Assembly (NCBI RefSeq): GCF_000019345.1
Contig: NC_010503.1
Span: forward strand, 660,001-692,000
DNA: 32,000 bases
From: Ureaplasma parvum serovar 3 str. ATCC 27815
GTDB taxonomy: Bacteria; Bacillota_I; Bacilli_A; Mycoplasmatales; Mycoplasmoidaceae
Reading direction: 5' to 3'
Shown here: positions 10,690 to 22,665 of the stretch, one piece after another
Layout: each line of letters opens with the position of its first letter
Position numbering within the stretch: position 1 is the first letter of the stretch
Notes under the pieces: model-generated
Databases searched by the model: none
What the model was told of the DNA's origin: nothing
Seen by the model: only the letters and a program-made list of their open reading frames with translations
Program-made: the position numbers and the translations under genes

Positions 10690-10813
10690 ACGCAACACCT
10701 CTTTCTACTTAATTTGTTAAGTTAAAATTTAAGATATTCGCTACGTGGTTTAACAAGTTTAAAACTCTTCCACATGCTAATAAATTGTGTAAGTAAGTTA
10801 CTACACGTATCAA

Positions 10814-10842
10814 ATTATACTATACAACTTACTTAAAATCAA
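10814..10842 (-). promoter_or_regulatory. Sigma-70-type promoter of the rplK-rplA operon
   Basis: The minus strand reads TTGATT (10842-10837), a 17-nt spacer, then TATAAT (10819-10814). This predicts a leader of about 115 nt. Confidence 0.55.
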
Positions 10843-10876
10843 TTAAAATTTAAAATTACTATCACTTTATTAATAC

Positions 10877-10905
10877 TTGGTTTTAATGGTGAAGGATGGT
10901 ATAAT
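10877..10905 (+). promoter_or_regulatory. Promoter of the giant FtsX-domain gene
   Basis: TTGGTT (10877-10882), a 17-nt spacer, then TATAAT (10900-10905) preceded by TGg, an extended -10. A GGAG RBS sits at 10958-10961 before ATG 10968. Confidence 0.55.
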
Positions 10906-10967
10906 AATAAAATTATACTGATTTAAATAAACACAAGTTGTACATTTGTTTTTAGTTTGGAGTTAAT

Positions 10968-13900
10968 ATGAAAAAAATGTTTCTATTAATGAAGAATATG
11001 ATGCGTTTATTCTTTAAAAATAAAACTTTAGTAACTCAACTTTCAATTTTAATGATTGTTTCAACAGTTGTTATTGTTGCAACAACGATTACAGTACAAC
11101 GTTTGCAAAAATCACAAAGCGATATTAAAAAAATTGGTTTACAAAGTGATTTTTTAATTGATACAAAAGAGCAAGATAATATTAATTTCAACGAAATTGA
11201 CGTTAGCAACAATCTTGTAAAACATAATGAAAAATTAATTCAATTAGCAACTTTTAATCAAAATATTTTAAAAAATTCAAATAATTATTTACAACTAGTT
11301 GATAATGCATTTCATAATCATAACCTTTTTTGGCCAACTAATGTAAACAATCAAAAAATAGATGTACTAAATCTTGAAGGAAATATCGATTGAAATAAAA
11401 TTAATCAATTAAAATTACAAACTGTTTTTTGATTTGAAAACAATAAAGAAAATAATCAAAATTTTGCTAACAATTATGATGATTTGGTTTATGAATATCA
11501 TAATTCTAAAAATCAATTAGTAGGATTTCAAAATTTAGATGGTGGGCATATTTTATTTAAAACACCGGCGTTAAAATCAGCAAACGGTAATTATGAAACA
11601 ACATTTAAAATTAATGCTGCAATTGTCCAAAAAAATAAACCATTTAAATCTTTTTTTAACTTTGATAAATATAAAGAATTAGGATTTAAGAATAAATCTT
11701 ATTTTACAAATCCTGTATTAATTAAAAATATAGATCTTTATTCAAAACAAGTTGTTCAAACACTAAACGATCGTTCAAATCAATCAATTGATTTTAAAGA
11801 CTATCAAAGCACATTTCAAGCCATTGTTGATACACTTGAAACTAACACGATAAATAAAGATTTTTATAGTGTGAATTTACATGTTGATTTTAACACACTA
11901 TCAACAAAATACCTACTATTTGCTAATTATTTAAAAAATGAAGGTATTGATAAAAACCGTTATATAAATGAATTAAAAATCGATAACTATAAACAGAAGT
12001 ATTTAGATTTATTTCAAAACCAAGTTTTAATTCCAAAAGAATTAATTGACGATCCAAAAAAAATAGAAGAAGTGCAAAAAATTATTGCAAAAGCCAAAGC
12101 CTTGTTAATTGCTAAAATTCGTGAAGAAACAAATATTTTTTATGAAAACTCACAAAAATCAGCTCTTGAAAATAAAAATAAGATTCGTGATTATGAGATG
12201 CAATTAAAACAAATAAATATTGCTCTACAAAATTCGAATTATTCTAATAACGAACTTATTCAATTAAAAAATGAACAAAAAGTATTAGCAGCAAATCTCG
12301 ATCAAGCAAAATTTAAACACTTTTTATATAATGATTTAATTAAACAAGATTTCCGTTCGATTTTAAATAATTATAATATTTATTATCGCAAACATGAATC
12401 AGCAATTTATAATGATGTTAAAAGTGATTCAAATTTTATTGTCACAAATGCAAGCAATCCAACATATACACAAAACGGTTTAATTGCACCAAGAAATCAA
12501 TGAATTGATAATATGGTGCAAATTAATGAAAAAAATAAAAATAGTCAAAATCCAAATAAAAAATTTAAGCGAATTTTTATTAATGATGATAATTCAAATA
12601 AAATTAATAACTTTTATGACCTTTATTCAAATTACATTAAAGTCATTCAAATTTTAAAAAATAGTTATGAAAAAGATCCAGATACTGATAAAGATTTACT
12701 AGTTGAAGAGCGTGATTATACTCCTTGAATTAATACATCACTAATTAATATATATCAACTTCCACAATTTTTTAATATCTTATTTAATCAATCTGAATGA
12801 TTATTATCAATTCAATATCTAAAAGAAATGAGTGATTATAAAAAATATTTACTACAAATTTTTGAACCATATCAAGATAAAGAATGGATTTTTAATTTAA
12901 AACATAAAGATTGACAAGATGGCGAACAAGTGGTTGCTATTTATAAAAATGCAGATAGTAATAGCGACCAAAAAGAATATTATTTTAACGGCTATGTTAA
13001 AAATCAACGAGCTTATATTAATGTTAAATATAATAAAAATCTGCCAACACGTTTAAAATTAATTAATATTATTAAACAAAATCAAATAAATCAAAAAAAC
13101 AATTTAGTTAATGTTTTAGATCAAGATTTAAATGATTATGCAAAGATTATTAATTTTAAAAAAGGTATTAAAGATATTAATACAAACCAGCAATCAGTTT
13201 ATGATCAGTGAGCTTTAAATAATCCACAAGATTATGCTATGTTTAAAATTTGATTATCAAAAATCATTAAACGTTATTATTTTCTACGACTTCAGCAATC
13301 ACCTTATGGATATACAATTCAAGCACAAAACGTTTTATCAAAAGCTTTGTTATTGCCGTTTACAATTAATATTATTAATCGTAGTTCAGATCTAGCATAC
13401 GTAAGCACATCTTATATTAAAGCTAATCAAAGAACAACAAAAAATATAAATAATTATAAAGAAATTGGTAATTATGAAGATTTTTTACAAGCACTAAAAC
13501 TTCCATATCGTATAATCGATGATCAACCAAACTATCGTGAAATTACTTTGCCAAACGGTCGTAAAAAAAGAATTGCTAAAGATTATTATAGTTGAATTAA
13601 TTATGTTGTTAGCCCCGCTAATAAAATTGAAATTAACGGCCAATTCTTCTTTATTATTGGTGCTGTAGATAGTCCTGAATTTTTATTTCCAGCAATAAAT
13701 GACTCAGACATCTTAATTAATAAACAAAAATCAACTGTTTTATATGTTAATGATTCAGGTTTTGCTAAACTTAAAACTATTTCAGCAAGCGTGCCAATTT
13801 TAGAGTATTACACACTAAAAGTTAATACTAATGATCTTAATTTATTACAAAAAAATAATGTTTATAATGAAATAAAATCAGAATTATTAGATTCTAAAAA

Positions 13901-16900
13901 AGGTAACATATATAAGAGAACTGATAAGGATAACCCTTATCCAATTTATGTTAAACGAACCTTTTTTTTAACACAATTGAGGAATTTAATTATTGCAATT
14001 GCACTTAGTTTGATTGTTTTAATCTTATTGTTAGGAATCTACTTTGTTACCTCAAGTATTAAAAATATGATTAATAAAAACAAAGTCATGTTCGGTGCTA
14101 TGCAAGCTCAAGGCGTATCAAGATGACAAGTTTGATTTTCATTCGCTCCTTTTTATACAATTCCTTCTTTAATTGTTTTAATTATTGGTTATAGTATATC
14201 TTATGAAATTCAACCCTTAATTATGCGTTTATTTAGCTCATATTGATTAATTCCTATCCCAGACCAATTTGTTAGTGTTGGTTGAATTTTTGCTATTCCA
14301 ATTGCTTTAACATTAATTTTAGGCTTTATTTGCTGGGTGTTAATTTATTATATTTTAAAACATTCAACCGCAGAGACAATGAAAGGCGATGCAGGTTTTA
14401 AAATCAATAAATTTATCATTAAAACAAAAGCAATCTTTTTAAAATTTGGTGCAATTCGAGTTTTAAAAGCTACTTATGTTGTTGCCAATTTAGCAAGAAT
14501 GTTGATTTTATTAGTAATCGCTTCCTCTTTTTCTATTATTGCTTCTATTATTGCAACAACAAAAAATAATTTTAGTCAGTCAGCAAGTATTACTAATGCT
14601 AAACGTGAATATCAATATGCAGTTGATTTATATTCACCAACAGAACAGGGAGGATTTTATTACATTTCAAAGTTTGATGAAATGGGTGTTTCTAATGAAT
14701 ATGCTCCTTTAAAACAAATTGTTAAAAATGTTAAGATTGTAATTAAAATTAAAAATTTAGTTAATAAAAAAGTCAATGTTGTATATATCAATAATCAAAC
14801 AAAGCAAAAAGTAATTATTGAAGCACTTATTAATGATAAGGGAATAATCACTTTTAAAACTAATCAGCTTGTTAAAGGTAGTTTTCAATTTGAAGGTATT
14901 TATGAACAAGAAACAAATAGAGTTTTAATTAATTCACAAAATTTAAATCCATCATTATTAAATATAGATAATCGAAAGATAGGCCATTTTATTTACTCTA
15001 ATCAAAAACAATATATCTATTTACTAAAATCATACTTTAATGACAATGATGTAATTTTAGATTATGTTGATGCTAATAATCAACATACTTATTTAAAAGC
15101 AAAAACTCTAGGTCAATACTTGGTATTTGATCCTTCACAATTAAAACAAAAACAAAAATATCAATTAGTTAATGTTATAAACCATAAAGGAAATACATGA
15201 GTTGATTTAAATAATATAAGTAATGATTTAAAAAATTTGGATTATTCCAAAAATGGACGTTATTTATATGATTATTATGGAAGATTACCATATTTATACT
15301 TTAATCATTTACCACAAAATCTAATTAACCAAAAAGTTTATTTGACTTATACAATTAACCAAAATGATGAATTTCGAATTTATGGTATTGTTAATAAAGA
15401 AAAAGAAGTAGTTTTTGACTTAACAAAATTAAAAATTAATACCCAACAAAGTTATCAATTACGCGATATGCGAATCGCAAATAGTGATTTATTAATTTAT
15501 GATAATAAACAACATGAATTTAATAATAATATTTTATATTTTGATAACAATTATTACGGTTTAAACAATAATAATCAAAAGCAAATTAATATTGATTACT
15601 TAACTCCTAATCGTAATCTTTATTTAACTTTAAAAGCAATGGGTAATGAATTTGTTAATAAGAAAAAAATACCTTTTATAATGACAAAAGCAATGGCTTC
15701 TTTAGTTGAACCTGATACTGCAATTTTAGATTATAATGAATTAGAAAAGGGTTATGTTTATCAAATTAGTACAGCAACACTAGAGGGTAGTGATACAAAC
15801 TTATACTTAGATAACGTTAATTCTATTGATAAAACAAAAGATAATGGCTTACCTTATTCGTCTCTAAAATACAATAACGCAATGCGTGAAATTAAAAATT
15901 TAGGTACTGATCATCCAGTCTATGGCAAAATGTTATCAAATGTTTATTATCCATCAATTAGTACCCAACCTGAAATCTTACAAAATATTCGTTTTTTTGA
16001 TAGTAAAGTAATTTCAAAAAGTTCTTTAGATGGAAATATTAGTGTTAAAGCAACGGATGTTAACATTGAATTTAACCCTTGAGTTTTTGCAAAAACTTTC
16101 TTACCTATCACAGCAATAGCTCGATCAGAACTAAATGAAAAACACTTATTAGATGAAGCATTTAAAACTTTTGGTTATGAAATTATTAATGGTAAAAAAA
16201 TCAATAAATTATATGATGTTCCTAACTTTGAAGATAATGGTATTATTCATCAAATATCATTATGAACAAAAAATGGTTTACCACCTAAAAGTGAAAATGA
16301 TGAAAATGCTTTCTTTATAAAACAAAATGGGCAATGGAAAATCAATGAAAAACCAGGCGTGTTAACAGAGCAGGGCGCCGCAGAATTCTTACCAGAATTT
16401 TTACGTTTAATTACTCAAATGTACACCTTCAAAACAACTCGTTATTTACAATATAAAGCCGGTTTAAAATTTGTTAATATTGAAGATGAAAAAGTACAAC
16501 AACCATATACATACTTATTAGGTAAAATGCAAACAAAAACAAAAAGATTTGCTAATGAAATTAAAATATTGGGTATTAATTATGAAAAAAATAAATTTAT
16601 TAATGGAAAACCAAGTCCTACTACTCAACTAAGTTTGATAAATGATCAGGGTGTTAATTTAATTGATCTAATTAAAAATGATGATCCTAATAATGAGATT
16701 CACAACATTATTATTAATAAAGTTGTCGCCCAAAAATATCATTTAAAGATTAATGATGTTTTTGAATATCAAATTAATAATCACATCAAACGTCTATCAA
16801 ATAAATTTAATAACACACCAGAGAATTATAAAACTAAGTTTAAAGTTGTTGGGATTAATGATAGTTTAATGGATGAGCAATTAATTATTAATCAAAAAGT

Positions 16901-17759
16901 TGCAAATAAACTAATTGGTTTTGATGATTATCGCCGTCGGATTCAAATCGAAAATGGTTATCCAATCATTGAAGAACGCGAGTTCAATGGATTCTTTACA
17001 AAAGAAAAAGAACCTATTTTCTTTAATAATATGGCTTCATTTTATTCACCTACTGGACTATCACCAGCAATTGATTCATGACCACAAAATTTATTAGAAA
17101 ATATTGGTGGTAATGTTCAAAGCATTAATATTTACTGAATTTTTTATTACAGTTGAGATTTAGCTAATTCGATTTTAAATGCTAGTTTCGATAAAAATAA
17201 AATTACTTGAGAACCTTTTTCAGAAATTAATTTAGATAAATTATTAAAGAAAATAGGAAAAATTTTTGGAAAAGAAGCTAATTTACCATCATTTAAAGCA
17301 GTTGATGCTAATATTGAAAACGAAATATTTGCTTCAGTAGTTGATAAAACATCATTTACATTATTATTAAATATCATTACTGCTATTATTCCATCACTTG
17401 TCATTATTATTATTCTAGTAGCTTCAACACTAGCTAATGAATCACGGCGTTTAATTGCTATTATGAAAGTATTAGGAATGCGTGATTTTAGAAATGTTAA
17501 TAATTTTATGTTTATTTATCCAATCGTATGATTATTAAATATTCTTATTGCTACACCGCTTTCTTTTGGAATTATTCATATTTATAAATTAGCAATCTTT
17601 GCTGCTTTTAATATTGTTTTAGTAGCTTCTATCCCTTGATGAATCTTTGTAATTAGTTATGGTTTTGTCGGGATTGTATTATTATTTGCTTGATTACAAA
17701 TGTTATATAAAACAAAAAAACTAAATTTACCAAAAGCTTTAAACCAATTTAATAATTAA
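10968..17759 (+). CDS. Giant (2263 aa) membrane protein with two FtsX/MacB-type permease domains and two extracytoplasmic domains of roughly 950 aa each
   Basis: Nine ORF-track fragments (10968, 11484, 12513, 12930, 13347, 13791, 14337, 15237 and 16359) plus the tail to TAA 17757-17759 are all in frame 0. They are separated only by TGA codons, for example at 11391, 12501, 13209, 14124, 15198, 16080, 17079, 17136, 17154 and 17208. There is an N-terminal TM helix at about 11030-11100. FtsX block 1 lies at about 13955-14390 (FGAMQAQGVSRWQV), with an extra TM helix at about 14470-14560. FtsX block 2 lies at about 17385-17700 (IAIMKVLGMRDFRNV). Confidence 0.75.
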
Positions 17760-17790
17760 AAAGACGGCCGTAAAGACCGTCTTTTTTTTA
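17757..17790. terminator. Bidirectional rho-independent terminator between the convergent giant gene and gatB
   Basis: A GC-containing stem pairs AAGACGG (17761-17767) with CCGTCTT (17777-17783). A T8 run follows on the plus strand, and the A-run on the other side gives a T-run on the minus strand. Confidence 0.7.
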
Positions 17791-17807
17791 ATGTTAATTG
17801 CTTGTTT

Positions 17808-19241
17808 TTATTTTTGTAAGATTTTTTTTAAAACATTAAAAGAAATGGTTGGATTCGCTTGTGCTTTAGTTAATTTCATTATTTCACCCATAAAAAATTT
17901 TTCAACACGGTCGGGGCGTTCATTGTATTGTAATAACATTTCTTGATTCTTAGCTAAAATTTGATGTCAAAGTTTAGTAATTTCATTTTCATTAGTAATT
18001 TGCTCAAAACCTAATTCCTTAATTAGAATTTGAGGATCTTTATTTGTCAAATAAATTTTTTCTAAAATTATTTTTGTTTGTTTTCCATTAATCAAAGTTT
18101 GATCAAATAATAAGATCATTCTAGCAATTTTTTGCAATAATTCTGGTGTAATTTCTTCAATGTTTTGCGTATTTTTATTAATTAGACCAATAAATTCCAA
18201 ACATAATCATTTATAAACACTTAAAGGATTATTAACAATTTTGTCTACATATTTAAATGCTTTAAACAACGGTCCATCACTTAATAACTGTTCGATAGCA
18301 GAACTAACTAAACCTTTTTGTGCTAGTTGTTGACGCAAATCATTAATACTACATGATTTAGTTAAAAACATTTTTTTTACATAATCATCACTTAGATGAA
18401 TTGGTGCAATATTTGCTTCACGAATATAGCGATAATTAATAGCATCATTTTTTGAACGCATAAAAACCGTTGTATTCGTATTATCATCAAAACGTCGTGT
18501 TTGTTGTTCAACATTCTGATTTAGTAAAATTAAATTTAATTGACGTCTTATCTCATAATCAATAGCTTTAGCAACATTTGAAATAGAATTAATATTTTTA
18601 ATTTCTACTTTTGTGCCAAATTTTTTAGCCCCTTGAGGTCTAATTGAAACGTTTACATCAACACGTAATGATCCATCTTCCATTTTTGCATCTGATATAT
18701 CATTAAACAATAAAATTTTTCGCAATTCTTCTAAAAATAAAACCGTCTCTTGTGCACTTCGTAAATCTGCTTCACTAACGATTTCAATTAAAGGTCATCC
18801 TGCACGGTTATAATCTAAATATATTTGATTACCTATATTAGTTTGTTTGGCTGTATCTTCTTCTAAATGAATTTGTTTGATACGTATTCGTTTTAAATTA
18901 TTATATTCATCAATGATTTGAATATAACCATTCTGACCTATTGGAAAATAATTTTGTGTAATTTGATATCCTTTAGGTAAGTCTAAATAATAATAATGCT
19001 TACGATCAAAAGCAATAAATTGATGATTAGTACGCATGTGTAATGCATTTGCTAAAAAAAGTCCTTTATGAACAACTTCTTGATTAACAGTTGGTAATGT
19101 ACCTGGCAATGCTAAATCAATTTCATTAATTAAAGTGTTAGGAATACTCTTATGCGATGTTGCTGCATTAGAAAACATTTTGGTTTTTGTATTAAGTGCA
19201 GTATGCACTTCAATACCAATAATAACTTCAAAATTTTGCAT
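17808..19241 (-). CDS. gatB: Asp/Glu-tRNA(Asn/Gln) amidotransferase subunit B (477 aa)
   Basis: Fragments 18795..19241 (MQNFEVIIGIEVHTALNTKTKMF...), 18207..18725 and 17967..18200 plus the tail to TAA 17810-17808 are one frame joined by TGA. The gene is adjacent to gatA and gatC. Confidence 0.9.
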
Positions 19242-19243
19242 TA

Positions 19244-20677
19244 TTATTTTTCCTCATTTCCTAGTAAATTATTGATTAAATAAGCGCCATTTAATAATTT
19301 ATTATCATTTAAGTAATCTGCTCACAAATTTAAACCTAAATTTCCTAATTTAGTTGTTAAAAAGGGGATTACAATTGATGGAAAACCACCAAAATTAGCA
19401 ATTTGCATTACATCTTCAACTAAATTAGTTGTGGGCTTTTGGTTGTTAACATCATCAATTGTTTCACTTATATCATGAACTGCTAAATTTAAAATTAAAT
19501 CACAATTTTTAAATAAATTTTTAGCTTGATCAACTATTAATGTACGCATTTTTTTAGCAGCAACTAATAAAGTTTCAAACTGGCTTTCTTGAGTAACATA
19601 AGCACCTATCATAAAACGTTGTTTTAATTGTGTTCCTAAATATAAAGTTCGCGTTTTAATAATTAAATCCTCATAGTTATCATAATCAATATCATGTTTG
19701 CCAAAAGTGATGTTTGTAAAATTAGAGTATGAACTATAAGCCTCACTAAAAGCGATTAATTTATAAACTGGACTAATTGCCTTTAATAAATTAATATCAT
19801 AATCAACATTAATTATTTCATGCTCATCATTTAATTTAACAATCAGATTAGTTAATTCTTGTTGATATTTTGATGCTAATAAATCAAAACTAGGTTTTAA
19901 AACACCAATCTTATATTTATTTTTTGTTTTTAGCATTGAAAGTGATTGTGTTTTAAAACTAAGACTTGTAAAATCTTTAAAATCTCGCTTAGCAAGAGCA
20001 TTAAAAACAATTTGCGTATCAAAAATATTATTTGTAAAAATTCCAACATGATCAAGAGAAGGAGCAAAGGGGTAAACGCCATAACGCGAAATAAGACCAT
20101 ATGACGGTTTAAAACCAACAATACCCATAATTGAAGCGGGGCGACGAACAGAATCTCCTGTATCTGTAGCAATTGCAAAAGGTACAACGCCTTGTTGAAC
20201 TAAAACAGCACTACCAGATGAAGAACCTCCGCTAACATGTTTTGGATTTAATGGATTAATTACAGGGCCAAATGCTGAATCAGTACCAGTGCCTCCTAAA
20301 CCAAATTCATCTAAATTTGATTTATTTAACAAAATTGCTTGTTTTTGATCTAATAATGTTTTAACTGTCGCATCATATGGAGGATTGTAATTTTTTAAAA
20401 ACAATGAACCACCTGTTGTAATAATATTCTTAGTTGAAATGTTGTCTTTTAAAGAATATGGAATTCCAAATAAATAATCAATTTCTAAATTATCACTACT
20501 AATCTTTTCATCTAAAAAAGCTGCTTGTTTCAATGCCTGTTCATAATTATTTGCTAAAGTTGCATTTAAATTTTTAATCTTTAAATCATGATCAATCGAT
20601 TTTTTAATCAAATCATAAATTTTAACTTCACGTTTTTTAATTTGATTATGAAGCGCTAAAATAGTTTTATTTTTCAT
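19244..20677 (-). CDS. gatA: Glu-tRNA(Gln) amidotransferase subunit A (477 aa)
   Basis: ORF 19322..20677 carries the amidase signature GGSSSGSA and a catalytic Ser/Lys context. The TGA at 19324-19322 is Trp, and the frame continues to TAA 19246-19244, 2 nt before the gatB ATG. Confidence 0.9.
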
Positions 20678-20951
20678 TTTTTAATACCCCATAATGATCG
20701 ATTACTTTTAGGCAATTATTTAGAACTTCTTCGCTATTATTACCTACACAAGAATTAATTTCATCTTCTCGTAAAAAATTATCAAAGGATTTATTAATAA
20801 TTTCAAAAGGTGTTATATTTTGTAAATTAAAAAGCTCAAAAACTTTAATTTCATTAAATAAATTATTTAAACGATTTTCAACCTGTTTAATTTCATCATC
20901 AGTTAATATAAACATGCATGATGACATTAATTTTTGTAAATTATAACTCAT
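20667..20951 (-). CDS. gatC: Glu-tRNA(Gln) amidotransferase subunit C
   Basis: The call rests on its 94-aa size, its position directly upstream of gatA (11-nt overlap), and GatC-like features (...LTDDEIKQVENRLNNLFNEI... and LREDE). Confidence 0.7.
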   Translation of the reverse strand: MSYNLQKLMSSCMFILTDDEIKQVENRLNNLFNEIKVFELFNLQNITPFEIINKSFDNFLREDEINSCVGNNSEEVLNNCLKVIDHYGVLKNEK

Positions 20952-20971
20952 CTTAATTTCTCTTTTCTTTA

Positions 20972-21988
20972 TTAGTCAACATGAATTGGAATATGTTTAT
21001 CCTCAACAATATCATCTTCATAATCATAACGAATTAAAGGAACAACAATTTTAAAAATTGGATAAATAATCAATAAGTTTAAAACCACCATTGGAATAAA
21101 TAAAACAGCACGAATTGATAATCATTGTGTATATTTTAGACTTGATAATTCAGCATCAAACGATGGCATCATTAGTACATTAACCACTGCTTCAGTTAGT
21201 AAAATTGTTACTAAAACAGGGGCAAATATAATGAATCAATTTGTTTTGGTTTTAGCTTTATTTTTTTTATTGAATCAATATTTTATCAATAAACTAAACC
21301 AAACAACGATAATTGATAATAAGAAAAAACCTAAAATAATGCCAATCATCAATGTTCGTGCAATTTTAATATCAAAACCAAATAATTGAATATTAAAACC
21401 CTTATCACCAATTCCTGGAGCAAAATATAAAAATAAGGCAATTCCTACACCAATTAAAATAGTTGCCATTGAACTATAAATTGCAAATGGTAAATCCTTT
21501 TTTTTGGAAGTAGTTAGAATAATTCGAATTAGTCCTCCAATTAATCCATAAGCCATAGCAGCAATTAAATAACCATAATGAAATACACCAGCAGTCATAG
21601 CCACAGATAATAAATCAGTCATTGCACCAATAAAAATACCTAAAATTGGACCAAATAATAAACCTCCAATTTTAATAAGAATCCCTTCTAAAGTAACACG
21701 TGTACCTGGTCAAGCACGAAAAATTACAGAAGCTGTGTTAGCTGATAAAACTGTTAATAATATAATCACTGCAACAGAAATCGAAATCACCATAGCAATA
21801 TTTGAAATCCCTTTAACCGAAGTTTTAGGAATAATATAAAAACGCTTTTGAAAACGAATTGAATAATAGATTTTTTTAATAACTGTAAAGATAATAAAAA
21901 CAATCAAAAATGCTAAAAAAATTAAAATTGATTGTCATGAATTAATTCCATTACCTTGTGAAGTATTAGTTGTATGTAATACACTCAT
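20972..21988 (-). CDS. Polytopic membrane protein resembling an ECF-transporter substrate-specific (S) component, 338 aa
   Basis: ATG 21988-21986 through fragments 21710..21907 and 21275..21622 to TAA 20974-20972 is one frame with TGA codons. It has multiple hydrophobic helices. The segments KTSVKGISNIAMVISISVAVIILL and LEGILIKIGGLLFGPILGIFIGAMTDLL resemble the conserved helix 1 and the LxGPxxG region of ECF S components. Confidence 0.5.
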
Positions 21989-22026
21989 TATATTTGTCAC
22001 AGATTCACCTCACTAATTAATAAATT

Positions 22027-22665
22027 TTATCATTTTATTGGAGTGCGTAAATGTTTAATTAAATAATCATTGCATTTACTAAAATGTTTACAAGTTAAAA
22101 AACCACGATGTGCACTTAATGGCGAAGGATGTGAAGCACATAAAATTAAATTTTGTTTTTGATCAATCAAATTAATGTAACTCATAGCTTGTTTTCCTCA
22201 TAATAAATAAACAACATGCTTTTGTTTTCTAAGTTCGTTAAACACATTTTTAATTAATTCTTCATAACCAAAATTTTTATGCGAATTTGGTTGATGAGCG
22301 TTAACAGTTAAAACAGTATTCAACAATAAAACTCCTTGTTTTGCCCAATCAGACAAATCAGGGTTTGTTCTTTTTATTTGTAAATCATATTCTAAAGCTT
22401 TAAAAATATTGATTAGTGATCCTGGTAAATTATTTCCTAAATCCACACTAAAACACAAACCATTAGCTATTTTAGGTGTATGGTATGGATCTTGCCCTAA
22501 AATAACAACTTTAGTTTGTTCAATATCAAAAAAATCAAAACATCTAAACCGTTGTTTTTTTAAAGGAAAAACTACTTGATGATTCTCGATGTTGTTGATT
22601 TTTTTAATAATATTTTTTAAATAACTTTGTTTAGTTTCATTAATTATGAATTCTTTTCATTTCAT
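22027..22665 (-). CDS. ung: Uracil-DNA glycosylase (family 1)
   Basis: The frame runs from ATG 22665-22663 ([16 protein letters not shown]...) through fragment 22198..22458 to TAA 22029-22027. The motifs [15 protein letters not shown] and HPSPLSA are all present. Confidence 0.9.
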
